From positions 509,180-573,179 of the forward strand of contig OY969085.1 of NCBI GenBank assembly GCA_963697535.1: a stretch of DNA of 64,000 nt, in the 5' to 3' direction. The notes beneath the pieces are model-generated. The model saw only the letters and a program-made list of their open reading frames with translations, made no database searches and was not told where the DNA came from. Every line of letters begins with the position of its first letter. Positions within the stretch are counted from its first letter, which is position 1. The DNA is from an uncultured Pseudomonadota bacterium (GTDB taxonomy: Bacteria > Pseudomonadota > Alphaproteobacteria > Rhizobiales > Xanthobacteraceae). The position numbers and the translations under genes are program-made. Positions 10,201 through 18,140 of the stretch are shown piece after piece.

Positions 10201-11382
10201 ATGCGTATTTTAGCGCTCATTTCGCAACTAGGGCCGGGCGGGGCCGAGCGTGTCCTCTGCCGTCTTTTGACCTATCTGTCTACTAGACATGAAATCGTGC
10301 TGATGACCTGGGGCGGCCAGCCGCCATTCTATTCCGTTTCCAGTAAAGTAACGCTTCTAAAGACCGATGAATTCGGCCCTCTCAAAGGCGCGCGGATTTC
10401 GGGCGTTGCCAAACGGATTGCCGTGGTTCGTCGCGAAGCAAAACGCGTGCGGCCGGATGTAATCCTCAGTTTCATGGACACCATGAATATTCTCGCGCTT
10501 ACCGCGTGTGTCGGATTGCGCATTCCCATCGTCGTAGCCGAGCGGGTCGACCCGCATCGGCATGATATTGGCCGAGCAAAAGACATGGCCCGCCGCCTTC
10601 TTTATCCGCACGCGCGCCACATTGTGGCGCAGACGTCACGGATGGCGAATTATTTTCCGAAACGTCTGCAAAAAAAGATTTCAGTCATTGCCAATCCCAT
10701 TGAAATCCCTGCGCTTGCCGCGGAACCGGCGCGACCGGGAGCGGACGGGCGCTTTCGCATTGTTGCGGTCGGCCGTCTTGCACGGCAAAAGGGTCACGAT
10801 GGTCTCATCGAATCTTTTGCCATGATTGCAGATCAATTTCCCTTATGGGATTTGACGATCTTTGGTGAGGGCGCCGAACGTGCGCGCCTTGAAACCGACA
10901 TTCGTCGACGCGGCTTGGCGGACAGGGTGCGGCTGCCAGGTGTACGACAAGATATTCACGGTGAGCTTGCCAAGGCGCATGTCATGGCCTTCCCATCGCG
11001 CTACGAAGGATTTCCCAATGCACTCGCTGAAGGCCTGGCCACCGGGCTTCCCGCCGTTGGCTATGCCGAAGTGAGCGGGGTCGAGGAGCTCATCATCGAT
11101 GGGCGCACGGGCCTCGTCGTCCCAAAACCACAAGAGCATAATGCATTCGCGGATGCGTTGGCGCGGTTGATGTCTGATCCCGATTTGCGCACAAGGCTTG
11201 GCGCGCAAGCACGCGAGCACGTTACGAAATGGTCGCCGGACCGCATCCTCAGCGCTTGGGAGGACGTGCTCGTTGCCGCCGCGGCTCAGTCGCTCTCGAC
11301 CACCACCCCTCTCCCTCCCCCACAAGGTGGGAGGGAAAAGCCTGTACACGCTTCGCCTCCGTTTGATCGAAATGCGCTCTAA
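10201..11382 (+). CDS. Glycosyltransferase family 4 (GT-B, Glycos_transf_1)
   Basis: The 'RQKGHDGLIESF' and 'FPSRYEGFPNALAEGLATGLPAV' E-X7-E region are present. Confidence 0.8.
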   Translation: MRILALISQLGPGGAERVLCRLLTYLSTRHEIVLMTWGGQPPFYSVSSKVTLLKTDEFGPLKGARISGVAKRIAVVRREAKRVRPDVILSFMDTMNILALTACVGLRIPIVVAERVDPHRHDIGRAKDMARRLLYPHARHIVAQTSRMANYFPKRLQKKISVIANPIEIPALAAEPARPGADGRFRIVAVGRLARQKGHDGLIESFAMIADQFPLWDLTIFGEGAERARLETDIRRRGLADRVRLPGVRQDIHGELAKAHVMAFPSRYEGFPNALAEGLATGLPAVGYAEVSGVEELIIDGRTGLVVPKPQEHNAFADALARLMSDPDLRTRLGAQAREHVTKWSPDRILSAWEDVLVAAAAQSLSTTTPLPPPQGGREKPVHASPPFDRNAL

Positions 11383-12553
11383 CTCCCCTACTCATACCAA
11401 ACCCGTTCTGGCCTACGCGGTCACCGAGGATTGGTACTTTTTAATGCATCGGCTGCCGATGGCGCGCGCGGCAAAGCGTGCAGGTTACGATGTGCATGTC
11501 ATCACAAAGGTGAGTAAGGGCGCGGCCGCTATCGAAGCGGAGGGTTTTCACCTGCATTCACTGGCCTGGCGGCGCGGCAGTATCAATCCCTTCGGTTTTC
11601 TGTCGAACATTGTGGCATTGCGGCGTATCTATCGGGCCGTCATGCCGGCAATCGTCCATCACGTGGCGTTGCAGCCTACGATCGTCGGGTCTCTGGCGGC
11701 CGTCGGTCTGCCCTGCTTGCGGCTCAACGCTTTCACAGGGTTAGGCTTTGTCTTCACATCGAAAACGGCGAAGGCGCGCCTGTTACGGCCGCTCCTGCGC
11801 ATGCTTGTGCGCACGCTGCACCGGAATCGAGCGACAGCAGTCTTGGTGGAGAATCCCGACGACGGAGACACGCTGCAAGCTGTAGGCGTAGCCGCCGACA
11901 AGATCACCGTCCTCGGCTCGGGCGTGGAAACTGATCACTTCATCCCTTTGCCCGAGCCGGACGGAACCATCGTTGTTGGATTCGTAGGGCGCCTCCTTGA
12001 CGATAAAGGCGTTCGGACTCTGGTGCAGGCGCACGATCTTGTTGAGCGGCGCGGCCCCGGTGTACGGCTTCTCGTGGCGGGCGTTGCTGATCCGTCGAAT
12101 CCGGTTTCGATACCGCAACAGGAGGTCGATGGTTGGGCAGCCCGGCCCGGCATCGAGGTACTTGGCCATGTTGCCGACGTAAGGACCGTGTGGAAGCGCG
12201 CGCATATCGCCGTGCTGCCTTCGCGCCGCGAAGGGCTGCCAAAGAGTCTGTTGGAAGCCGCGGCTTGCGGGCGCGCAATCGTCGCCACCGATGTTCCGGG
12301 CTGCCGGGAAATCGCGCGTCATGGCGTGAATGCATTGTTGGTGCCGCCGGATGATGCGGTTGCGCTCGCGGACGCCATCGCACGCTTGGCGCAGAACCGG
12401 GACGAACGCCTGCAGTTCGGTGCGGCCGGACGGGACTTGGTCGAAAAAAAGTTTTCCGCAGTGCACGTGGGCGAGCAAATTGTTGCACTATACAACGATA
12501 TGATTCGGCGGCCGGCATCAAACGTAGGCGCGTCTTCAAACCGGAAGGCATAA
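11372..12553 (+). CDS. Glycosyltransferase family 4 (GT-B)
   Basis: 'LDDKGVRTLV' and 'LPSRREGLPKSLLEAAACGRAIVATDVPG' are present. The ATG at 11372 overlaps the end of the upstream gene. The ORF-track start at 11198 is likely too long. Confidence 0.8.
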   Translation: MRSNSPTHTKPVLAYAVTEDWYFLMHRLPMARAAKRAGYDVHVITKVSKGAAAIEAEGFHLHSLAWRRGSINPFGFLSNIVALRRIYRAVMPAIVHHVALQPTIVGSLAAVGLPCLRLNAFTGLGFVFTSKTAKARLLRPLLRMLVRTLHRNRATAVLVENPDDGDTLQAVGVAADKITVLGSGVETDHFIPLPEPDGTIVVGFVGRLLDDKGVRTLVQAHDLVERRGPGVRLLVAGVADPSNPVSIPQQEVDGWAARPGIEVLGHVADVRTVWKRAHIAVLPSRREGLPKSLLEAAACGRAIVATDVPGCREIARHGVNALLVPPDDAVALADAIARLAQNRDERLQFGAAGRDLVEKKFSAVHVGEQIVALYNDMIRRPASNVGASSNRKA

Positions 12554-12557
12554 GGTC

Positions 12558-13577
12558 GTGTCGCGTGTAAATCCTGTATTGGTGACCGGGTCGGCCGGCT
12601 TCATCGGGTTTCATTTGGCGGGGCGCCTGCTAAAGCAGGGGCGCACTGTTGTCGGGCTCGATAACCTGAACAGTTACTATGATCCCGGACTTAAACATGC
12701 GCGCCTTGCCGAGCTCGCTAAATTTCCGGCGTTCGATTTCGTCAAACTCGATCTCGCCGATCGGGCAGGCATTTCGGCGCTCTTCGCCAAGCATCGTTTT
12801 CCTTACGTCGTGCATCTGGCAGCGCAGGCCGGCGTCCGTTATTCGTTGATCGATCCGCACGCTTATGTCGACTCGAACCTCGCCGGCTTCGTCAATGTTC
12901 TCGAAGGTTGCCGGCACAATGGTTGCGAGCATTTACTCTATGCCTCTTCTTCATCGGTCTACGGCGGCAATACCAAGATGCCGTTTTCGGTGCATGACAA
13001 TGTCGATCATCCGCTCAGCCTTTACGGCGCTTCGAAAAAGGCCAACGAGCTGATGGCGCATGCCTATGCGCATTTGTTCAATCTGCCGACCACAGGCTTG
13101 CGCTTTTTCACGGTGTACGGCCCCTGGGGCCGGCCGGACATGGCCATGTGGATTTTCACCGCCGCGATTCTTGCCAAGCGGCCGATCAAGCTGTTCAACA
13201 ATGGTCACATGCGGCGTGACTTCACTTATGTTGATGACGTGGTCGAATCACTCGTGCGGCTTGTGGACCGTCCGCCGACGGTCAATGCGGCCGCCTCCAC
13301 CGAGGTGCCCGATCCCGGTTCGAGCGCCGCGCCCTGGCGTGTCTACAATATCGGCAACAACAGCCCCGTCGAGTTGCTTGAGGTCGTGTGCCTGCTGGAG
13401 CAAGCGATCGGCCAGAAAGCACAGCGCGAGCTATTGCCGATGCAGCCGGGCGATGTGCCTGCGACCTATGCCGATATTGACGACCTCATGCGTGAAACAG
13501 GGTTCAAGCCAAAAACCTCCATTGCCGACGGCATTTACCGATTTGTCGCTTGGTACCGCGCCTATCATGGCCATTAA
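12558..13577 (+). CDS. NAD-dependent nucleotide-sugar epimerase (UDP-glucuronate 4-epimerase-like, extended SDR)
   Basis: 'VLVTGSAGFIGFHL' Rossmann motif, 'YASSSSVYG' and the catalytic 'YGASKKANE' YxxxK motif. Confidence 0.8.
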   Translation: MSRVNPVLVTGSAGFIGFHLAGRLLKQGRTVVGLDNLNSYYDPGLKHARLAELAKFPAFDFVKLDLADRAGISALFAKHRFPYVVHLAAQAGVRYSLIDPHAYVDSNLAGFVNVLEGCRHNGCEHLLYASSSSVYGGNTKMPFSVHDNVDHPLSLYGASKKANELMAHAYAHLFNLPTTGLRFFTVYGPWGRPDMAMWIFTAAILAKRPIKLFNNGHMRRDFTYVDDVVESLVRLVDRPPTVNAAASTEVPDPGSSAAPWRVYNIGNNSPVELLEVVCLLEQAIGQKAQRELLPMQPGDVPATYADIDDLMRETGFKPKTSIADGIYRFVAWYRAYHGH

Positions 13578-13596
13578 CGGAACCAAACCGGAGGAA

Positions 13597-13641
13597 GGGG
13601 TTGCAATCGTTCATATGAGGGGTTGCAATCGTTCATATGAG
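13597..13641. repeat. Tandem 22-23 bp direct repeat x2 (ggggttgcaatcgttcatatgag)
   Basis: Two adjacent copies read directly in the intergenic region upstream of the transaldolase-family gene. Confidence 0.9.
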
Positions 13642-13693
13642 TGGGCCATTTTAGGTCCGGATTGCGAGTTGCCACATCCACCTCGAGAACATC

Positions 13694-14476
13694 ATGGCCA
13701 CACCGATATTGAAAACGCCGACACTGGAAACGCCGACACTGGAAACGTTGAAGGTCAAGCTCTTCACCGACGGCGCCGATAAAGCGCAAATTGTCGAAAT
13801 GGCTAAACGGCCGTGGATTGCCGGTTTCACCACCAATCCCTCATTGTTGAAAAAAGCCGGCGTGCGTGACTACGCGCCTTATGGCCGCGATTTGGTCGCC
13901 GCCGTGCCGGACCGGCATATCTCATTCGAAGTCTTTTCGGACGATATTCCGGAAATGGTCGCGCAGGCGCGCCTGATCACGCAATGGGGCAAGAATGTCT
14001 ATGTCAAGCTCCCGGTCACCACGACGCGGGGCGAAGCCTTGTTCGAAACGGTGCGCGCGCTTTCACGCGACGGCGTGAAGGTGAATATGACCGCAATCTT
14101 CACTTCCGAACAGGTCATGGGTGCGATCGAGGCGCTTGATGGCGGCGCCCCGGCTTGCGTGTCCGTTTTTGCGGGACGGCTTGCCGATGCGGGGATCGAC
14201 TATCGACCAATCCTGCAAGATGCCGTCGCGCGCGCGCGACAAACCTCCAATGTCGAAATTATTTGGGCTTCCACCCGTGAAGTCTTCAATGTCGTGGAAG
14301 CCGATGCAATGTTCTGTCATATCATTACCGCTCCTGCCGACGTGCTGAAGAAGCTGCCGCATCTTGGCACCCGGACCGGCGCGGAGTTGTCGTTGGCTGC
14401 GGTGAAGGCCTTCCGCGACGATTCGATCGACGCAGGTCTGGCGCTCAACGTGCCGGTTTTCATCGCCGCCAAATAA
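13694..14476 (+). CDS. Transaldolase / fructose-6-phosphate aldolase family protein
   Basis: 'FTDGADKAQIVEMAK..IAGFTTNPSLLKKAG' and 'VYVKLPVT' are present. The N-terminus carries a 15-bp in-frame duplication (TPTLE-TPTLE). Confidence 0.75.
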   Translation: MATPILKTPTLETPTLETLKVKLFTDGADKAQIVEMAKRPWIAGFTTNPSLLKKAGVRDYAPYGRDLVAAVPDRHISFEVFSDDIPEMVAQARLITQWGKNVYVKLPVTTTRGEALFETVRALSRDGVKVNMTAIFTSEQVMGAIEALDGGAPACVSVFAGRLADAGIDYRPILQDAVARARQTSNVEIIWASTREVFNVVEADAMFCHIITAPADVLKKLPHLGTRTGAELSLAAVKAFRDDSIDAGLALNVPVFIAAK

Positions 14477-14505
14477 CGACATCCAGTGTGAAATTTGGCG
14501 GCAGT

Positions 14506-14730
14506 TTAGCTCTTCTTCCAGCGGGCTGCCGCGGCCGCTCTGGCGATATCGGATCGCTCTTGAGGGGACAGCACCCTTGCACGAACCTTAGCACCCTTCC
14601 GACCGCCCTTAGCGCGGTTCGGGGCTTTGCCGGTATCCTCTTCAATCTCGCCGGTCGCAATCCGCATGACATGGATAGCGTTGCCGATGACATCGGCTGG
14701 CCGCTTCTCGCCTTTTGGGCCTCTGGGCAT
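14506..14730 (-). CDS. Small basic hypothetical protein (74 aa)
   Basis: 'MPRGPKGEKRPADVIGNAIHVMRIATGEIEE...' with a lysine/arginine/alanine-rich C-terminus. Its start overlaps the upstream stop by 1 nt (TAATG). Confidence 0.6.
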   Translation of the reverse strand: MPRGPKGEKRPADVIGNAIHVMRIATGEIEEDTGKAPNRAKGGRKGAKVRARVLSPQERSDIARAAAAARWKKS

Positions 14731-15236
14731 TAAGCCGCCTCATCCTGATCATCGTCGTTATCGAGATTTAATAGATCAGCAGCCCGGCGCTCCGCAACAT
14801 CATCCGCAAAATCGAAGAAGAAAGATAATTGCGGTTCCTCAGGGAACACCTTGTTCATGTGTTCCATATCGCAAACGGCACGGTAAACATCGCTTGCGAC
14901 GGCATCACGACGCTGACGCACGGCCTTCTGACGCAGGTTTGGGGTTCCGCCCTTGTCTGTATCAAACCACATGCGGTGCTGTTTTCCGTCCTCTTCAAGG
15001 GAAAGGACAGACTGTTTGGCCCTGTATGAGAAACCAGCTTCGTCCATGCGTGTGGCCTGCCGCAGTGCCCGCGAAACCTGCGGCCGCAGAAACTTACGAA
15101 CATCCTGCAGACGCGGGGCAAGCCGCTTGTTTTCGACCGCCCAATCTATGAAGTCGTCCGGGTCGTTCGCTGCCGCGCCCGTGATCTCTTCCCATTCGTC
15201 CCACGCTTGCAGCAACTGTTCATCGAAATTGGCCAT
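14730..15236 (-). CDS. Hypothetical acidic protein (169 aa)
   Basis: ORF starting 'MANFDEQLLQAWDEWEE'. The track N-terminus (to 15311) runs into the MITE and is rejected. The gene is translationally coupled to the 74-aa gene. Confidence 0.55.
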   Translation of the reverse strand: MANFDEQLLQAWDEWEEITGAAANDPDDFIDWAVENKRLAPRLQDVRKFLRPQVSRALRQATRMDEAGFSYRAKQSVLSLEEDGKQHRMWFDTDKGGTPNLRQKAVRQRRDAVASDVYRAVCDMEHMNKVFPEEPQLSFFFDFADDVAERRAADLLNLDNDDDQDEAA

Positions 15237-15243
15237 TCTAGCT

Positions 15244-15552
15244 CTAGTGGAGTGGATTTGACATTCGCTACCCACCTGGCCGCAAGCTCGCGAAGCGAAT
15301 GTCAAATCCAAAACTCCACTAGAAACAGTTTGGCTGAAAAACTTTCATTAAACATTCGCAGATGAACAAGGGACCGAATGTCCAAAGTGAACAGAAGGAT
15401 TGAATTCGCTACCCAACGACCGCAAGCTTGTGTTGCGAATGTTATTTCAGCAGGCTGCTAGAAACTTATATTTGGCTCATGGTCTTTCAATTCAAACATT
15501 CGCAAAAGATCCCCGCCGAAATGGGTAGCGAATGTTTGAATCGGACCACTAA
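15244..15552. mobile_element. Composite/tandem MITE (B - degenerate A' - degenerate B' - A), inverted orientation
   Basis: Intact hairpin B lies at 15244-15322 and intact hairpin A at ~15458-15552. Two diverged units lie between them. The right end is CTAA instead of CTAG. Confidence 0.8.
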
Positions 15553-16697
15553 AGTCCGGTCGGGACCAGTCGCCCCCAACCATCGACGTATTTCCAGTCC
15601 ATCAAGTATTCTCGAATGCTCGTTTGATACTTCCGCAGCCACGCATAGTTTTGGCGCTTGTGCTGGATTTGCCCAACTACGATTGCCGGATGGATTTCAA
15701 GCCGCGCGGCAAATCCGATGACATCCTGTTCAGAGATGTACTGCCCCTTGCGCTGCAAGAACGAGTGCATTTGCGTCTTTGGGATACAGAACTCCGCTGC
15801 CGCATCATTCGCTCTTATTTCCTCCGCTGATTTGGTGGAAGCCCCGGCCACGTCGGAGGCATCCAATTCATCAACCGGCGTGAACGATTCTTCCCTTCCG
15901 TCGCCTTGCAGGACGTGTTCAAGTTCGTGACGAAGAACAAAGGCAAAGTTGTCGAGACGATCCAGTCGGGTTGTCATCCCGATAGCTGGCTGCCCATCGG
16001 TCCAAACGCATACTCCGTCTACCTTTGACTTTGGAAGTGCTTCAACTAGCGAGAAGCGAACGCCGCACGTTCGAAGAATTTCAGGAATGCGGATCAAATC
16101 ATCCTTGTCGAGAAGATGCGCCCTTATCCGTCCTAGGTTTTTCTTAAGCGTCTCGGGCGAATAGAGCGGCGCTTCCTGCATCTTGGCAATCGTCATTACC
16201 CGATGCAGCCAAGCATACTGGATCGGCGTTGTATCGTCGTATCCTCTGCTTTTCTTCGCGGCATGGGCAGTGATCGTTCCCGAGCCGACAAAGGGAATGT
16301 CTTCAATCCGGTTCTTGCAGAAGAACCGGAGCATCTGAACATCAAGCAAGCTCGGCTCGGTTTCTTCAATCCAGCCACGGTTTATCATCTCGCGCACTGG
16401 AAAACATGCGGTCCAAGTCGCGCGTGTGCGAACACCAGGATCAACCGGTTTGACCCGATTGAGTTCGTAGAGCTTCTGCAAGTTCGCGAAAAACTCTGCC
16501 GGCATGTCGAAGGCGTCGCCGAGCGCGGCGGCCAAATCCGGGGTAATGTTAGCCTTGCCGTTAAGCAGCGGGTTGAGCTGCTGGACCTTCATGTCAAGGA
16601 TGTACGCGAGATCGGTCTGAGACCAACCACGGGCCTCAAGCTCCTCAGCGATGAACGTGCCCGGATGGTCCACGGATGCGATTTTGACCTGTGCCAT
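15549..16697 (-). CDS. XRE-family HTH fused to an ImmA/IrrE-type metallopeptidase domain (HigA-like antitoxin partner)
   Basis: N-terminal HTH ('GWSQTDLAYILDMKVQQLNPLLNGK') and a C-terminal 'HELEHVL' HEXXH zinc-peptidase motif. Its start overlaps the higB stop (TGATG). Confidence 0.75.
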   Translation of the reverse strand: MAQVKIASVDHPGTFIAEELEARGWSQTDLAYILDMKVQQLNPLLNGKANITPDLAAALGDAFDMPAEFFANLQKLYELNRVKPVDPGVRTRATWTACFPVREMINRGWIEETEPSLLDVQMLRFFCKNRIEDIPFVGSGTITAHAAKKSRGYDDTTPIQYAWLHRVMTIAKMQEAPLYSPETLKKNLGRIRAHLLDKDDLIRIPEILRTCGVRFSLVEALPKSKVDGVCVWTDGQPAIGMTTRLDRLDNFAFVLRHELEHVLQGDGREESFTPVDELDASDVAGASTKSAEEIRANDAAAEFCIPKTQMHSFLQRKGQYISEQDVIGFAARLEIHPAIVVGQIQHKRQNYAWLRKYQTSIREYLMDWKYVDGWGRLVPTGL

Positions 16698-16993
16698 CAG
16701 TGATAATCCTCAATTGCAACTATCGTGACGGTGGGCGGCCTAGTGGTTTCGTCGAGCGAGAACACGATCCGGTATTTTTCATTGACCCGGACTGACCTGT
16801 AGCCATCACGATTCCCCTTCAGTTTTTCGTAGTGCAAGCTTTTCCAATTCCTCAGTGCACGATCATCCGGCGCGGAACGGATAACGATCAGTTTTCGCCT
16901 AGCGGATTTGATAACCGGGACGGGAAGCCGGGTTTGCCCCGCGTCATCCGTCTCAATCAAAGCCAATACTGGGTCGGCGAACACAATATCCAT
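16697..16993 (-). CDS. higB: HigB-like (RelE/ParE superfamily, plasmid-killer type) toxin
   Basis: 98 aa, with '...WKSLHYEKLKGNRDGYRSVRVNEKYRIVFSL...VTIVAIEDYH', the typical HigB C-terminus. It lies upstream of an HTH partner. Confidence 0.75.
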   Translation of the reverse strand: MDIVFADPVLALIETDDAGQTRLPVPVIKSARRKLIVIRSAPDDRALRNWKSLHYEKLKGNRDGYRSVRVNEKYRIVFSLDETTRPPTVTIVAIEDYH

Positions 16994-17100
16994 TTGTGCC
17001 GTATGACATTGATCCTTATATAGTTCAAGTAGGTTTAATGCAATGGCTTAAACTGAACGTTATGCTTGACAAGCCGGATCATTTTGAACAAATTTGGGGT

Positions 17101-17987
17101 ATGAACAAGCTTCCAGTAGAAACCCGGGTCCAAATTCTTTCCATGCTCTGCGAAGGGTCGTCGATGCGGTCGATCTCGCGGGTGTGCGATGTATCGATCA
17201 ACACGGTTTCGAAGCTGCTGATCGACGCTGGAAAAGCCTGCGCCAACTTTCACGACGCCAATGTCCGCGACGTTAAATCACGCCGCATTCAGGTCGATGA
17301 AATCTGGTCCTTCACATACGCCAAACAAAAGAACGTCGCGACCGCCAAGCGGCAAGACCTGCCTATGGTGACACATGGACGTGGACCGCAATCGACGCCG
17401 ACTCGAAACTGATTGTTTCGTGGCTGGTCGGCGGTCGCGATAGCGACTACGCCATGGGCTTTATGGATGATCTCAAATCCCGTCTCGCCAATCGCGTTCA
17501 ATTAACCAGCGACGGCCACAGGGCCTATCTAGAAGCCGTTGAGGGCGCATTTGGCGGCGACATCGACTATGCGATGCTGGTCAAGATTTACGGCAACGCG
17601 CCGGAAACCATGAAGGGGCGCTACAGCCCTGCGGAATGCACGGGAGCCCGCAAAGAGCGGATCGAAGGCAATCCCGATCCCAAGCACGTTTCAACCAGCT
17701 ATGCCGAGCGACAAAATCTCACGATGCGGATGCAGATGCGCCGATTTACCCGGTTGACCAACGGGTTCTCCAAGAAATTCGAGAACCATATGCACATGGT
17801 CGCGCTCTATACAGTTTGGTACAATTACGTGAAACAACATAAGAGTTTGAAGGGACTCTCGCCTTCGATGGCCGCGGGCATTAGCGATAAGTTATGGTCC
17901 ATGTCTGATCTGGCGGAAATGGTGGATGCGAATTTGCCGAATGCGAGCAAGCGCGGACCCTATAAGGGTCGGGAAAATTCAAACTGA
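17101..17987 (+). pseudogene. IS1-family transposase, reading frame broken (-1) near 17361
   Basis: N-terminal HTH 'SMRSISRVCDVSINTVSK' and 'QVDEIWSF' are in one frame. 'WTWTAIDADSKLIVSW...TSDGHRAY...SYAERQNLTMRMQMRRFTRLTNGFSKKFENH' is in the -1 frame. No canonical slippery heptamer is present at the junction. Confidence 0.7.
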
Positions 17988-18140
17988 GACACTACCCAAG
18001 CGGAGTTCGCGTGGCCAGATTTGCACTATTGTGTTGTAACGGAGCGAATCAAAACGTGTCCGCACAATTGTTCATGGATGGCTCGCCAGACGCACGTTCG
18101 CCGTGCTAGGCCGTACCATCGGACGCGGGGGAACGCCAGG

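Noticed and set aside
17301-17370. Programmed -1 ribosomal frameshift in the IS1-family transposase.
   Set aside because: The frame junction lies inside the catalytic domain rather than between the HTH and catalytic modules. No X XXY YYZ heptamer or A6C motif is present. It is therefore treated as a probable indel, although the programmed option is not excluded.
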